Assembly: GCA_965202585.1 (NCBI GenBank)
Contig: OZ241826.1
Coordinates: forward strand, 75,764,001 to 75,828,000
Direction: 5' to 3'
DNA from: Thalia democratica
Lineage: Eukaryota
DNA length: 64,000 bases
This document shows positions 41,661-54,500 of the stretch, piece by piece. The notes under the pieces are model-generated. The model ran no database searches. It saw nothing but the letters and a program-made list of their open reading frames with translations, and was not told the origin of the DNA. The position numbers were made by a program, and so were the translations under genes. Numbering within the stretch: the first letter of the stretch is position 1; each line of letters begins with the position of its first letter.

Positions 41661-43016
41661 AGACGCAAACTAAATTTTAAACTAATCTTTAACAACTGTC
41701 TATTTTATTTATTTCAAACAAATAACTTAGAGAACACATAATTATTTTTAAAAGCCTTTAAAGCCAAGATAAAGTTTTTTCTAGTTCAATCTAATATAAA
41801 TTTACTTATAATTAGACGAGATTTTTTTTAGTAAAATTTATTGCTTTTACCTAAAGTTATTTTTAAAATAAATATAAGGTATTTTTCAAAAAGTGCAATT
41901 CAACATTTTTTTTCTGTTTTGAATATCTAAAAAAAAGTAATTTAATCCAATTAAGTTAATTTCCCTAAACCAAATCAACAGTTTAAAGATATTTTAGCAG
42001 TTAAAAGACGAATAATTAAACCTTTTTTAAGGCGTTTAAATTTTTGAATTCTGCTTTTAAGTTTATGTAATGTTTAAAAATATACAAGATTAAATGTTAA
42101 TTATTTCCGGTATACATGCTTGTCATTTTTGATTAAATAAAATACAGCTGAAAATAAATTTCTTTACTTTAACTTTGGTTTTAACATGATTACTAAGCTT
42201 CATTGATTTAAATATTTTTTAAAGATAAAATTCTATAGAAAATCAAAGTTTTCAAGTAAAATACTATTTGTTGTACTCCCAAACAGTTTTGTAATTTTAA
42301 ACAAGTATGTTAAAAAAATTATATATAATAGGTGCTTAATTAGTAAAAGGACTTACATATAATTAAAGTAAACAAAAAGACCTTAAATTTTAAGTTTTAT
42401 TTTTCTAAAGGAACCAATTGAATAAATCTATAAGCAAAAGCATCAGACATCAAAATATGAAAAAGTACTAAAAATGGCAAGTATGGGCAAGTAAATATAT
42501 ACAAATCACAGTAGACTGATATAAAAAAAAAATTAAAAAAAACACAAATATTAAAGTTGCAACAAAACAAAAGAAATTTTGAAAAAAAAGTTGTAAGAGA
42601 CACTATTCATAAACTTTAAAAAAAATTTGCTAAATGTTTTAAACAGTTATAACATTTCTAAAATGTAGTTTCAAAAGTATGTTTAATTACTGTAATTTGT
42701 AATAATACTTTACCATAATGCGTAAAAATATTTTCATATAACTATCTTTTCACAACTATTTTAAATCTAACAAAGATATTTATAATATTTCTTTTTTATT
42801 TGTATAACATATAGTAATAAGTTTTTAAATTGATTTATAAAACATATAAACTATAATATTGGAAAAACGACATGACAATAAAAAACAGATTCTTTGTAAA
42901 ATTTCAAATAATTTCTTTATAAAGTTTTCGATACAAAAATATCGATAAAAAAGAATTTAAATTATTAAAATAATTTCTAGAACTTATTCAAAAACTAGTT
43001 GAAGAGAAAGTGAAGC

Positions 43017-45508
43017 TTATGAAGTTGTTTTCTTTTTCTTAAGTTCTGCACTATTCTTTTTTCTGATCAGTTTCTCTAAAGTTTTTATTTATATAATTTT
43101 TATAAAAAGATTGTATAATTTTATATAACATGTTTATGCATTTGAAGAACAGAAAAACACCTTCTTTTAAAGTAAGTATAAAATTAAATGCTCACTTGTT
43201 GTTGATTTATCATTTTTTCTCATAGCAGCTTTGCATATAACTTCTTGCAATGTTTTTACAAATTTTGAACTGTCAACTTGATCATCGCTGTTCAAATTGT
43301 ACTTACTTCTTGGTTTGGACGCTAGTGCTTCTAATGTTTTACTTTTACTAATTCCGATATCTACCGTAATTATGCGTACTTCTGAAAAATTAAAAACATA
43401 TTAATGTAATATTTATTATAGCCTTATTTTTATAATGAGGTTTAAACAACCTTCGTTTTGTTGTTTAATTATTTTAGATCTTTCTACTGCTTTTTGTTCG
43501 TTATTATCTCCTGATAATATTATAATAATATCTCTAATTGATGTTGTGTATTTAGACATCGAATTTTCTTGCAATAACATCAAAGCTTCATTCAAGTTGA
43601 CTTTTCCATCTGAAAATTACAAACAAATATAATGCACAATATGTTTTCTGTTGAGATAATCTTTAATAAACATAACTTAAACTAAAAATATAAGTACTAA
43701 GCAAATTAAAATTTGTAAGCGTATTTGCATTTAGAATGTATAATATCAATAGTATACCAACTATTGTTTATTAGCTTATACTATTTAAAAGGTTATTGAT
43801 TTTCAAAGAACCATAAAAACCTAATACCTAAGACAGACTTAGTATACTTTATTAGCTAATCTATTTTAAAAACTTTAAGTAAACGGAGAAATAAAAATAT
43901 CTGTTTTAAATGCAAGCTTACTTATTTGCTTTATGTCTTCAATAGTTCTAGATAACTGTTTGTTAGTCGTCTTGGTAACCAAGGGTAAATGGGTGACGCT
44001 TGTATGGGCAAACTGAACTATTGACAATCCAATTCCATGCGTCATAACTTTTGGTATCTTGTGCAAAATTCCTCTCCTTTCGAATTGACGCTTTTTAGAC
44101 TCTGCTAGTCTGTTTTTTTATTTGCAGTTAACAATATATTGTTTGTCTTACGACAAAAAAGCGCTTAAAAAGTTTGGTCTAAGGACCTAGTGTATGAAAA
44201 AACCTTTCGGTTATCGAGTCATACACTATATGCTTTTAAGTAGTTTAAAAATAATTTCAAGTTTAGAAAAACAAATCTAATCGTTATATGGTAGAACTTT
44301 TTTTTCTTTAAAGAAACAAATTGGTTTTAAATTGACAAAGTAGTTTTTTATTTTACATAATGTGCCAATTTTTAGCTCTATAATTTAAAACAGGTTGGTT
44401 TGGAAATATACATTTATAAATTATGTTAGCCACCAAGAAAGAAAATTAGACTTGTGATTAAGATACTAACACGGATAGTTTTAGGCATGAGATTTTCACC
44501 ATAGTAAGCTGTTAGATACATAAAACTAAGCTCGACTTAGGAAATAAATAGATGGTATGCTAAGAATAGAACTCAATACATTATTTTACACACAAATTGC
44601 TACTATAAAAGGTTATGCGGCTTATAATTCCTTTTGTCAATCTGTAAGTTTTACTTTAAATTACAGCTAGAACGAAAACCTGTTATTTAAATACGGCTAC
44701 ATAATTACATCATGGCTTAAAGTAATAGTAAATTTTTTCCAGTAAATTTTAAACGGTCTACTTCAAATATAAAGCTAACCAAAAATTATTCAGACTTTAC
44801 TTATGGTTTTAGTGCGTTAGTATAATATAACTGTCTAAATCTTTTTCCACATAAACTAGCTTGTCTGAAATAGTTTGAATAGTTTTGTCAATGTTGACAT
44901 TCGTTTTTCTAACTTAAAAATTTTAAGTTTTCTGATTAATAGTTTAAGCTGTTTATAAACAAAATCTTATGTTTCAAACTTACCTTTTAACTAAACACTT
45001 ATGACACTATTTGATAGAAAAATAGTCTAAATAATAACAAAAATTTTATAATATAAAACATCCAAAATATATTCTAACTTATATGAAAAACCTTGCACTA
45101 AGTTACAAATAAGTAAATTAAACGCAAACTAGATAATTTTTGTTTAATATAAGAATCACGTTAAAGAGTTTTTAAAGAAATATTTTTTTAACTGTTTAAA
45201 GTTTTTTAAAGATTCAGGTTTTTAATAAACTTTAAGATAGTAATATAACTTACTTTATTTGCTTTTAGAACTAAAGTAAATTCTGCTTAATTTAAAAAAT
45301 GATACAGTACAAGCTTAATTGCTAAATAAGATTTATTTAAACAGTGTATCAAACAAATGTTCATACTTTTCTATGCCTTCAATCTTTAAACTTTCCACGA
45401 GCTTTTTAAGCATTGATTTTGTTTGAAGAAATTTTTTATTGTTTATAGAGTCTGATCCATCAATCAAAAACAACAAGTTGCTTCCTGACTGTAGACATGT
45501 TCCTATTT
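43017..45508 (-). CDS. Copy A vWA domain 4 and Lys-rich C-terminal tail (5 exons)
   Basis: CLQSGSNLLFLIDGSDSINNKKFLQTKSMLKKLVESL...IGLSIVQF...NLNEAL...DIIIILSGD...VRIITVDIG...LEALASKP...LQEVICK. The donor A|gtgagc at 43195 leads to a final exon KKLIRKKNSAELKKKKTTS* that is also conserved in copy B. Read-through to TAA at 43167 is an alternative end. Confidence 0.8.
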
Positions 45509-48500
45509 CTGTTTTGAATAATTTATTATTTGACAAAACTTAATTAACAGTGAAAAAAATTAGCTGATATTAATTTTAATTTACATTTTACAAATATAAC
45601 TAAAACTGTAAGCTATACGCTTATGTTTTTGTGACTATACAAGTTGTGTTAAATATATAATAATCTTGTTTCTTTAACTTTTTTTAAGCTAAAAAGTATA
45701 TCTTTTTTAATAAAAGTAAGTAAACTTTTTTTTAAATCTCCAAGAAAGCTGTCAAATTAAAAAGTATAAGTCTTACGACAAACATGAAATGAAAAAAAGT
45801 CATAATACTTTTAGTAGCAACTTTTAAGTGCTTGGTGTGCCTGGCTTTTACTCTCAAATTTTTCAGCGGCTTGTTCACTGCACAGCACTGCCCATTAGGA
45901 AGCATGACTTCTTTGTTTGTGAAAAGATGATTCCCTAAATAAAAAAATATATATATTGTAATAAAAGCAGCAGTTATGTCACAAAAAAAATCCTTACAAT
46001 TCGTCTCGCTTCTGCGTATTGACGGAATTCTTCCTCTCGAATCGGTATGAAATGGCACGGTGATTGCTGCACTGAAGTTTCTACCGGAGTGAGCTTCCAG
46101 TACAAAGTAGTAGCTTGTGTCAGCTTGTAAAGTTGACATAAATCTGTATCCATACTGAACTCTTTTTCTATAAAAAAAATATATATGTACAGTTTTTTTT
46201 AACTTTTTGCTATTTTTACCCACAAATGCAAGAAACAATTCTAAACTTTTTTAACTAATAAACTTGAATAAATATAAATTTGAAAATGATGTTAGAAAAT
46301 GTAACTAAAAAAAATATCCTAGTTACGAACTTTACAGTGACATTTTGGCTCCAAACATAATTTTCACTATTTGCAAGCTGAAGACTCATGCTATAATTTC
46401 TAGGCCAGTCATTTGGTGCCCACCATTCTACTACGTTTTTTCTTTAACAAAATATCATATCATAAAAAATCCAAAATAATAGCTTTATGTTTGTAGAATT
46501 GTGCTAATTATAAACATTGTTGTTTTATTAAAAATACAACTGTTTTTAATATTATTGATTTTAATTAAACTACTAAAACCTTAAACATAAAGTTTACAAA
46601 ATGATGTAGTTGTTTAAACTCAAAAAATATCAACATAAAACAAATACCGGGTCGTGTCGCGGAAAACAGCGACTGCAAGCGGTTTAACGTCTCTTTCCTG
46701 TTCGACAATTTTCAGTGGAAATTGAACTGACCTGACGATGTCGACGACTATCAAGTTTTCCACTAGGTGGAGTTGGTCGTAAGAGCTTAGAACGTATCTG
46801 TGCATCACCGACTGACTGTGAAGAAGAAATTTTGAAATATTATAACACTCCACAGTAATACCTATAGTATTATGAAACTTGTTGGTAAGAGTTTGAGTAA
46901 CTACAGTGAACGATATTAAAAAAAAGTTAGAACAAACTAAAATGTTTGATTTGTTTAACTTTGTAATACAAAATACAAAGTATCTACAGTTTAAACGCTT
47001 AGAAAACTTTCAATAAAAAACTAAAAAAAAAAAACTTTCCCACTTTGAATAGATAGGTTGCGGTTCAAACGCCATCTGAAGCACGACTGACGTGATTCCC
47101 TCGTCGGCGAAATCCTGCTCGTGTTCGGGCATCAGGTTGGTGTAGTGCTGGTTGGTTGCCAGTAGAAACATGATCCTCGGAACCCCACTCCGCGCGTGTT
47201 TGAACGTTTTCTAAGTTTGAAAGAGAAACAAGTTGTGTAAACATAATGAAGTCTATTTTTGTTTGTAAATAGTTTATAAACAATTTTTGTTTAGCTCGTT
47301 GTATATACTACAAAAGTATTTTCACAATGATTAAAGTTTGACTTGTGTTCTGTTTAAAATATATAAGATTAAATTAATTCTATAGCTAAATAGTATTTTT
47401 GTGACAATATTGCTATAGGATTAAACGACTGTAAAGATAGTGAAACATTGCTTATAAGCACAAATAATTCGATTAATAAAAAGTAAATACAGTACACTAC
47501 CGCTTAAGTACGCAAATTGAACCCGACCAAAAAGTGCGTACTTAGCACGGGTAGTGCGTACTTTTTGACGACATAGTATAATATGAAATTTAGTTGTTTG
47601 TTTTCTTTCTTACAACTAGCCACCAAATAATTAAGCCATACAAACAAGTCTCTTTATTTTAAATAACATTTAATACATAATTCTAATTTGTAAAATTTTT
47701 TTATAAATTTTAAAATGGTTTATTTTTTTTATAAAAAGTCTCTACATAATTAATACATACATTTAATATAGAAAGTCAATGTCAGTCAATGATTTTAAAA
47801 AAAATATTAAGCTACATTTTGTTTTGTTAGAGGAAAAGTACCAAACCACATTGTGTTTACCAAACATTTTCAAAACATCAATGTATGTACATTTAAATTA
47901 ATTTATGACTTAACTATTTTGTATTTGTAGGTTTTTTTTAACTTTGTCATCTATATTTATTTATTTTATAGCATTACAGCTCAAATATCATTATTCTTTT
48001 TACTTTTCTGCAACCACTACATAAGTATTTAGTTTATTAACATTAAATAACAGGACTGTCACAATCTCAGGTTACTTTAGACTACTCAGGATTACTCACC
48101 CTAGTTTAAAAGTTGTGAAAGTCTCAGGCTAACTCAGCAGGTTGGCCATTCTACCTAGAAACATAAAATAATCTGGAAAAACTTGATGATTGAAAATTTA
48201 GGCAAAAAAAGTGGAATTTCTTGAAGTTCTAGTATAATATCCTTTACTTTGTCTTTCTGGATAAGTGCGTACTTAAGGCGTGATGCGTACCAAAAAAAGT
48301 GCGTACTTAAGCGGTAGTATACTGTATATAGTTTTTGTGTTATAAAGTCTTCAAGTATTTTTATAAGTTTCCTAAGGATGTTAAAAAGAGTAAAAAAGTT
48401 TCTTACAGATATAAGTTAAGCTAGTTATTTATTAAGTTATTGTTTTTATATCACTGGATCATTGAAACTTAGTAAAAGGTTTTAAAGTTGAGTTAATGAA

Positions 48501-51500
48501 GTAAATTTTTATTTGGAAAAAAAAAGCTTTAAAGTATGTTTAAGTTTAAAAATGAACAAAAAACTTTCTTATTGTTGTTTCATTTTATTATTTGTAATAG
48601 TATTAATGTTAAATGACGCGACAATTCCCCTTAAAAGACAGTTTTTAATAACTAAACTATGCTTACTTTGAAAAATGTGTTATAAAAACACTACTATACT
48701 CAAAATTTAAATATTTTTTATTGAAACCGGAAATAAATTATTTTTGAACCCTTTAACACAAATTGTTAAATGAACCTTCACTGTTTCAGTGAAATCTTCA
48801 GGTTTTAGGTTTTCTGAGCCAGAGAGCGGATACAAAGACCCCAATGACGTCATGATTTCATTCTCACTGAGCTTGTTTTGCAATGATATTTTTTCAATAG
48901 GGTGATTAGTAAGTTGAGTTGCTCCGAAGCTAAAGTTTGGAAAATATATTTAGCTTTTTATTTATTTTATTTATATCAGCATTAAATTAAACTGTTAGAG
49001 CTCGATGTTTATAAGGCAGTTCTAATTTAACCAAAATTATAACTTTGAATAGATTAGAAAAGGTAACTTCTGTAAAAGTTAAGATTAAAAACTATAATCC
49101 AAATATACAAATCTATACACGAAACATATATATGTACGTATAATTGTAGTTTTTAAACAAACCTTACAACTCCCTCTGAGTCGTGATCGAATGCACCTGC
49201 TAATGACTTTAGAAAGTTTCTGGTCGATATAAACTCTTCTTCCATAAGTGATGGGGAAATTTCAACTAAAAACGCAATGTCTACGGCCAGTTTGACTTTC
49301 TTTGTTTTAAAGTGGATCGTTGACACATGACTGCTTATATCCGACCCTAGTGAAGCCTTGAAAAGTAAATATTAAAGTCTTAATTATTAAGTTAAGTAAA
49401 TTAATCTAACTTAAATTAAACAAATTCAGTTTGTTTTATCTGAGTTATTTTTTATGTAACCAATAAATTAAGTACTATTATGGTTTTCGTACTTGTAACG
49501 TTGCAGTAAGACTTTTTCCCGGTATTAAATTTTCGACCCAGCAATAAACAGTCTGGTTATCGTAATCCAAATGTTCGGATATCGAATTGTTGTACAGCTG
49601 CTGCTGGCCAACCAGGTATCCTCGATTGTCTGTCACTTGTACATAGTAGGCCAGCTCAGTGCTCTTGTCTTGCACCTTGAAGTTCAGAAGGTCCCAGCTC
49701 AACTGGACCTGGGTCTCGTATGCCTTCGACATTCGAAAGTTTGCGGGTTTCGGCATTTCTGCTCATTGTTAACAATTTTTATATATTTATTAAATTGGAA
49801 ATATAACTCATGTGTTTGTTTGATCTATAGAACAATATGTTATTCTAAATGTTGTCATAAAAGTTACTCTTAGTGAAAGAAATCTCTTTGTTTGATTGTC
49901 ATATGTACATCTCTTTTAATCAAAAGAAAATAAAGAAAATAACAACAAGGGTTAAGCAACTCAACAATATAAATACAAGTATTTTTAAATTAGAAAGCAT
50001 TAACTAAGTTCAATAAAAATTTTTAGTAATATATAAACCTGTTACAAACAAAGCTTTGCTGGGTTTGCTTTTTATACCTCTGCCATACATGGCTAGCACC
50101 CAAACCTCATATTCTGTGCCTGGGTACAACTTGTTTGTCTGGTAACTTGTCTCGTATTTATCTGTTATTAGAAGTTTAGAAAAATGTATTATAGTTTTTT
50201 GAGCTCAAACAACACATAAAACACGCTAAAAAAGTTAAACTGCCTTAGAAATAGCTAATAATGTAATAGAACAAAAATTACTTAATAGCTTAGAAAAGAG
50301 TGATATTTTAAAACGTAAACTGCGTTTTATATAGTATAAGTATAAATTTTTAAATTATAAGCTCTTTTCATAGTAAAATTGACTAAAAAGTTAACTGTAC
50401 TAACCAAGAAAAATATTGATGACGGCCTGATTATTGCTTGTAAGGTAAACTGATACCTGGTATTGCGACACGTAGCGGACAGAATCTGGAGGCTGCCAGA
50501 AAATTTCAACCAGTGAACCTGGAAGCTGAAAAACTTCCGTTCGTTTCGGTGAAGGAGTTTCTAATCAGAAGAAATAAGACGTGTAAAATATTACTTTGTT
50601 CTAGCATTAAAATATAATAATCTATAACAGTTTTTTACATTCTAGTTCATTTTTAAAAGTGTGTTTCATGTTTTTATTTTAGATAAAATCTTAGCTGTGT
50701 TATGAAAAATCAAAGAAAAAACTATCAACTTAGCTTTAAAGCTTATTAGTTTATTTTAATTAATAAAAATGTTTTAAACTTTTTAACTTTTTAACCAAAA
50801 TTAATCATTTTAGATTTAATTTTTTCAACTACAAACAAATATTCAAAAAACTCGACCTAACATAAAAAACAGTTTCAGAGTCAAAATAAAAACAAGTACA
50901 AAAAATAGCCAACCCTCAAAAAAATTGTTTTGTTTGTAAAAATAAAAGTAAAAAATACTATTTTAAAACTAAGTTACTGAAACATACACATCTTATCTGT
51001 TTATAAGTTTATAAATACTTCAACGCTCTATCAAAACTACAAAGCGTTACGGCGCGTGAACTTGACAATGAAATTGAATTATCTAATTGTCAGACAAAAG
51101 AAAGGCGTTAGTGTTTTCCGAGTAGCAACTTTAAAGTTGTCTTTTTCATCAAGTTGACATTAACACCCAGCTGCGAATTAAACAGAGAATAAATAAGACC
51201 GGTAGACAGTTTCAATTAAAAGGATTAAAATATATTTAGATTTCTGTATGCTGATAATATCTCTTTTATTTTTGCTTTTACCTTGTTCAGTGAAGTACCT
51301 GTAATGGTTTATTTATTGCACATTACAAATACTTATCAAAAAGTCATAAACTGATAAAACTGCACAACATGTTTTGTAAGTTCTATTAAAAACAGATCAT
51401 AAATATCAGTTGGACTGTTTGATACTATTTTAATCAAGGGTAGTTTCGAAAAATGCAAATAAAATAGTCTTGTGTTTTGTACCTACGCCCTTAACTATTC

Positions 51501-54500
51501 TTATGTATATAAATTCATAAAAATATTTGTGCAACATTGCAAACACTTAATGGGATTAAACTTAGTCAAGTTTATAAAGACCTTTTTGATCAGTTCGAAT
51601 GCTTAAAGAAATTTTTACAACTGCAAAATCTTAGGTCAAACATAATTGAAACAAATTTGTTTGAATACTAAATTAGGATTTCATTTACTGATAAAATAAT
51701 TACCGTAATATTACTTGAAGCTACTGTTTTTAATATTTTTATCGTAAATATTATCGTGAAAAACACCTATTTGTAATAGCCTACAAAAGTTACAACGTTT
51801 TTGTAATGCCTTTGTCGCTTGTTTTTCTAAAAAATTAATAAAATAATTTGAATACTGAACTTGATATGCTTTAGTTAAAAAGAAAGGGTTGAATTGCTTG
51901 TTTGGAGAAACATTCTAGCAATAAAAACTAAACCAATAGAGTACTTTTTGTAAATATAACTAAGGATTTGTTTTTGTAACTAACAGGTCTTAAATTTTTA
52001 TTGTTGCAAACTTCATACAAATAATGCGGTTGTAAAAATAAAATAAAAACTTTTTAAGTGGTAGGTGCTTAGTAATCAGATTATCACAGGTAGAAACTGA
52101 TAATTACGTTTATATTTCAATTTTGAGTTAGACGTAATTACACACAGAATGTATCAGAATTAAATTCGAGATATGCAGTTGTGGTAAAAATAAAGTTTGC
52201 ACCACACACAACACTTGTCAAATGGATATAAATTATAAATTTTTATAATCAAATATTTTCAAGATTAGTATAAGATTTTACAGCATCAAAATATAATAAT
52301 TTTCTAACCACACACTTTATATACATACTTCAGTTTTACAATTATGTAATTTATATGCTTGTTCTATCAAGGTTTGTTTTATTAGAATAAATAAAGTTAA
52401 AACTAAGGCCTAAAAACTTGAACTAAAAATATAAAACCTTAAAATTTTAGAACTTTTTTTTTTTCAAACTTTAATAAACAACACGCTAAAATAAGTAATA
52501 TTCATTAAATGTTTAAGAATTTTAAAAGTATTATAATTGTACTCTGGTTAAAAAAAATCAGTATAACAATAACCTATGTTAGCATTACTGAAAGAGAATG
52601 TTTATTATTTAAGTATTTTTTAAAGTCTATTTCTTAAATTAAAAATAAAAAACTTACTAGTTGTCGCGGTGACCAATCTTTTAGAGCTTCTACGTCCAAG
52701 ACCAGTTGCCGTGACAACTATATTGTATTCGTGTCCTGGTAACAAATCCCACAATTTGAAGTTTCTAAAAATAGTTTGTCAATGTTTTTAGATTTAAAAC
52801 TTAACTATTTTTGATAGTTATTGTAAAAAGCTTAAAATTGAAGTGAAAATACTGAAAGAATATGTAAACATTTCAATGTTTTAGCATACAATAGAACAAG
52901 TTAACCATTTATAAAACCTTATAGATAATTAAAGTTATTTAATTCAATTTAAAAAAAAAAAATTCAAATTAACTTCTCTCGCGCACACTGCTGTACATAC
53001 AAGCTTTAAGGGATTTTCAAATTTTGCAAAGTTGTTTAACATACTAATACCTTAATCCGGCAGCATATTAAAACAAAGTCTTTAAAGAAATAAACATGTT
53101 TTAAGTGTCATTTTTGACACAAATTCTATTTGGAAAGATTAGAGGTGTACATCAAAAAATACTTGAAGTATTTACTGTTTGTGCTGTTTCATATATTTTT
53201 GAAATTTAATAATTTGATGATCATTGAAACGGGAACTGATCGACAATGGTAATACTCAGTGTTCAACTTTACACACGTAATTGTTACATAGCATATATTA
53301 AGTAGAAAATTTTATTAAAATTCTTAAGCCTTTTACATCAACTACTTTTTAATTTAAGTAAAAAGTTTCCTCACTTTTACATAAACTAAAAATAAAACTT
53401 AAGAAAAGATTCAATTTTGTTTGACACTATAGAACTTTTAAATGTAATTTATCTTTTAAACATATTTTTAGTACAAACAGCTAAATTGTAACTAGAACAC
53501 TAATTTTTAAAGTTATATAAGCAGTTATCATAAAATACAAGACTTCTATAAAAAAGATATAAAAAATATTGTTCAAAAAACTGAAGCAAACCTTCTTCTT
53601 CTTCCGATTGAGTAAGTTTTTCCATTACTGTCGATTGTGACGTCATAACCTGTGATTTTTGATGAACTCGATTGCTCCCATGTGACTTCTATTGTTGTGT
53701 TTGTGACGTCACTAACATGTAAATTTATCGGCGACGGTAATACAGGATTAACTACAACAATTATAAAATTCATTATTTTTCAATTTTAAACTTTTCTTAT
53801 GTTTACAACAAATATCTGTCTGTATAACAACTAAGTTATTTAAACAATTTAAGTTTAAGTTATCTAGTTTTTATGTTAGTATAAAAAATTACTTAAAATA
53901 AACAACAATAAAGACAGAGAAAATAAATATAGCAGATTTTTTTAGAAAGCTCAGGATATTACCTTTTCTGTAATATCTGAACGCCTCATTGCAAATCACA
54001 TCAGATATTTTGTGCTGAACCGCCTTCAACATCTTGTAAGAAGGAACTGTGAAGTTGTAATCCAAATATTTCGCATCAGTGCTGTTCAACCAATCAGATT
54101 GCTCCAAATACTTGTTTGTGCGAACTCTCATGTTTAATTGGCTACTTGATTTGCGATTGCTTAATTGTGATTGGTCCACTTCGATCTTAAGCGTCAGAGC
54201 TCCGTCTTTTTTCAATCTCTAACAATATGTAATATTCAATCTTACAGTACATGTTTTAATTTATGACTTTTTTTAATTTTTATTTTCAGACAATTTTACA
54301 TACACCGAAAAATTAAGGAAATATAAATGTGTTAAAAAAAAAACAAAATTAAAACACAATCAACTTCTTAAGAACAAACATGTAATAAAAGTATAACGGA
54401 ACTAAATTATACTGTATTTATTAAAAATACTAATTTTGAAAAATTTTCAACTAATTTTTTCTACTTTGTTGCGTAGCATAACAAATATAAAAACTTTTTT

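Noticed and set aside
42397-42603. Hydrophobic minus-strand ORF as a possible transmembrane C-terminal exon (also 11009-11284)
   Set aside because: It lies past the stop and a candidate AATAAA (~42795), its frame is not conserved among copies, and T-rich DNA gives such ORFs by chance.
45847-45882. Alternative 36-nt micro-exon (LLCSEQAAEKFE) between FN3-5 and vWA4
   Set aside because: The ttttttatttag acceptor at 45935 gives a stronger site and a typical 63-nt intron. It cannot be excluded without RNA data.
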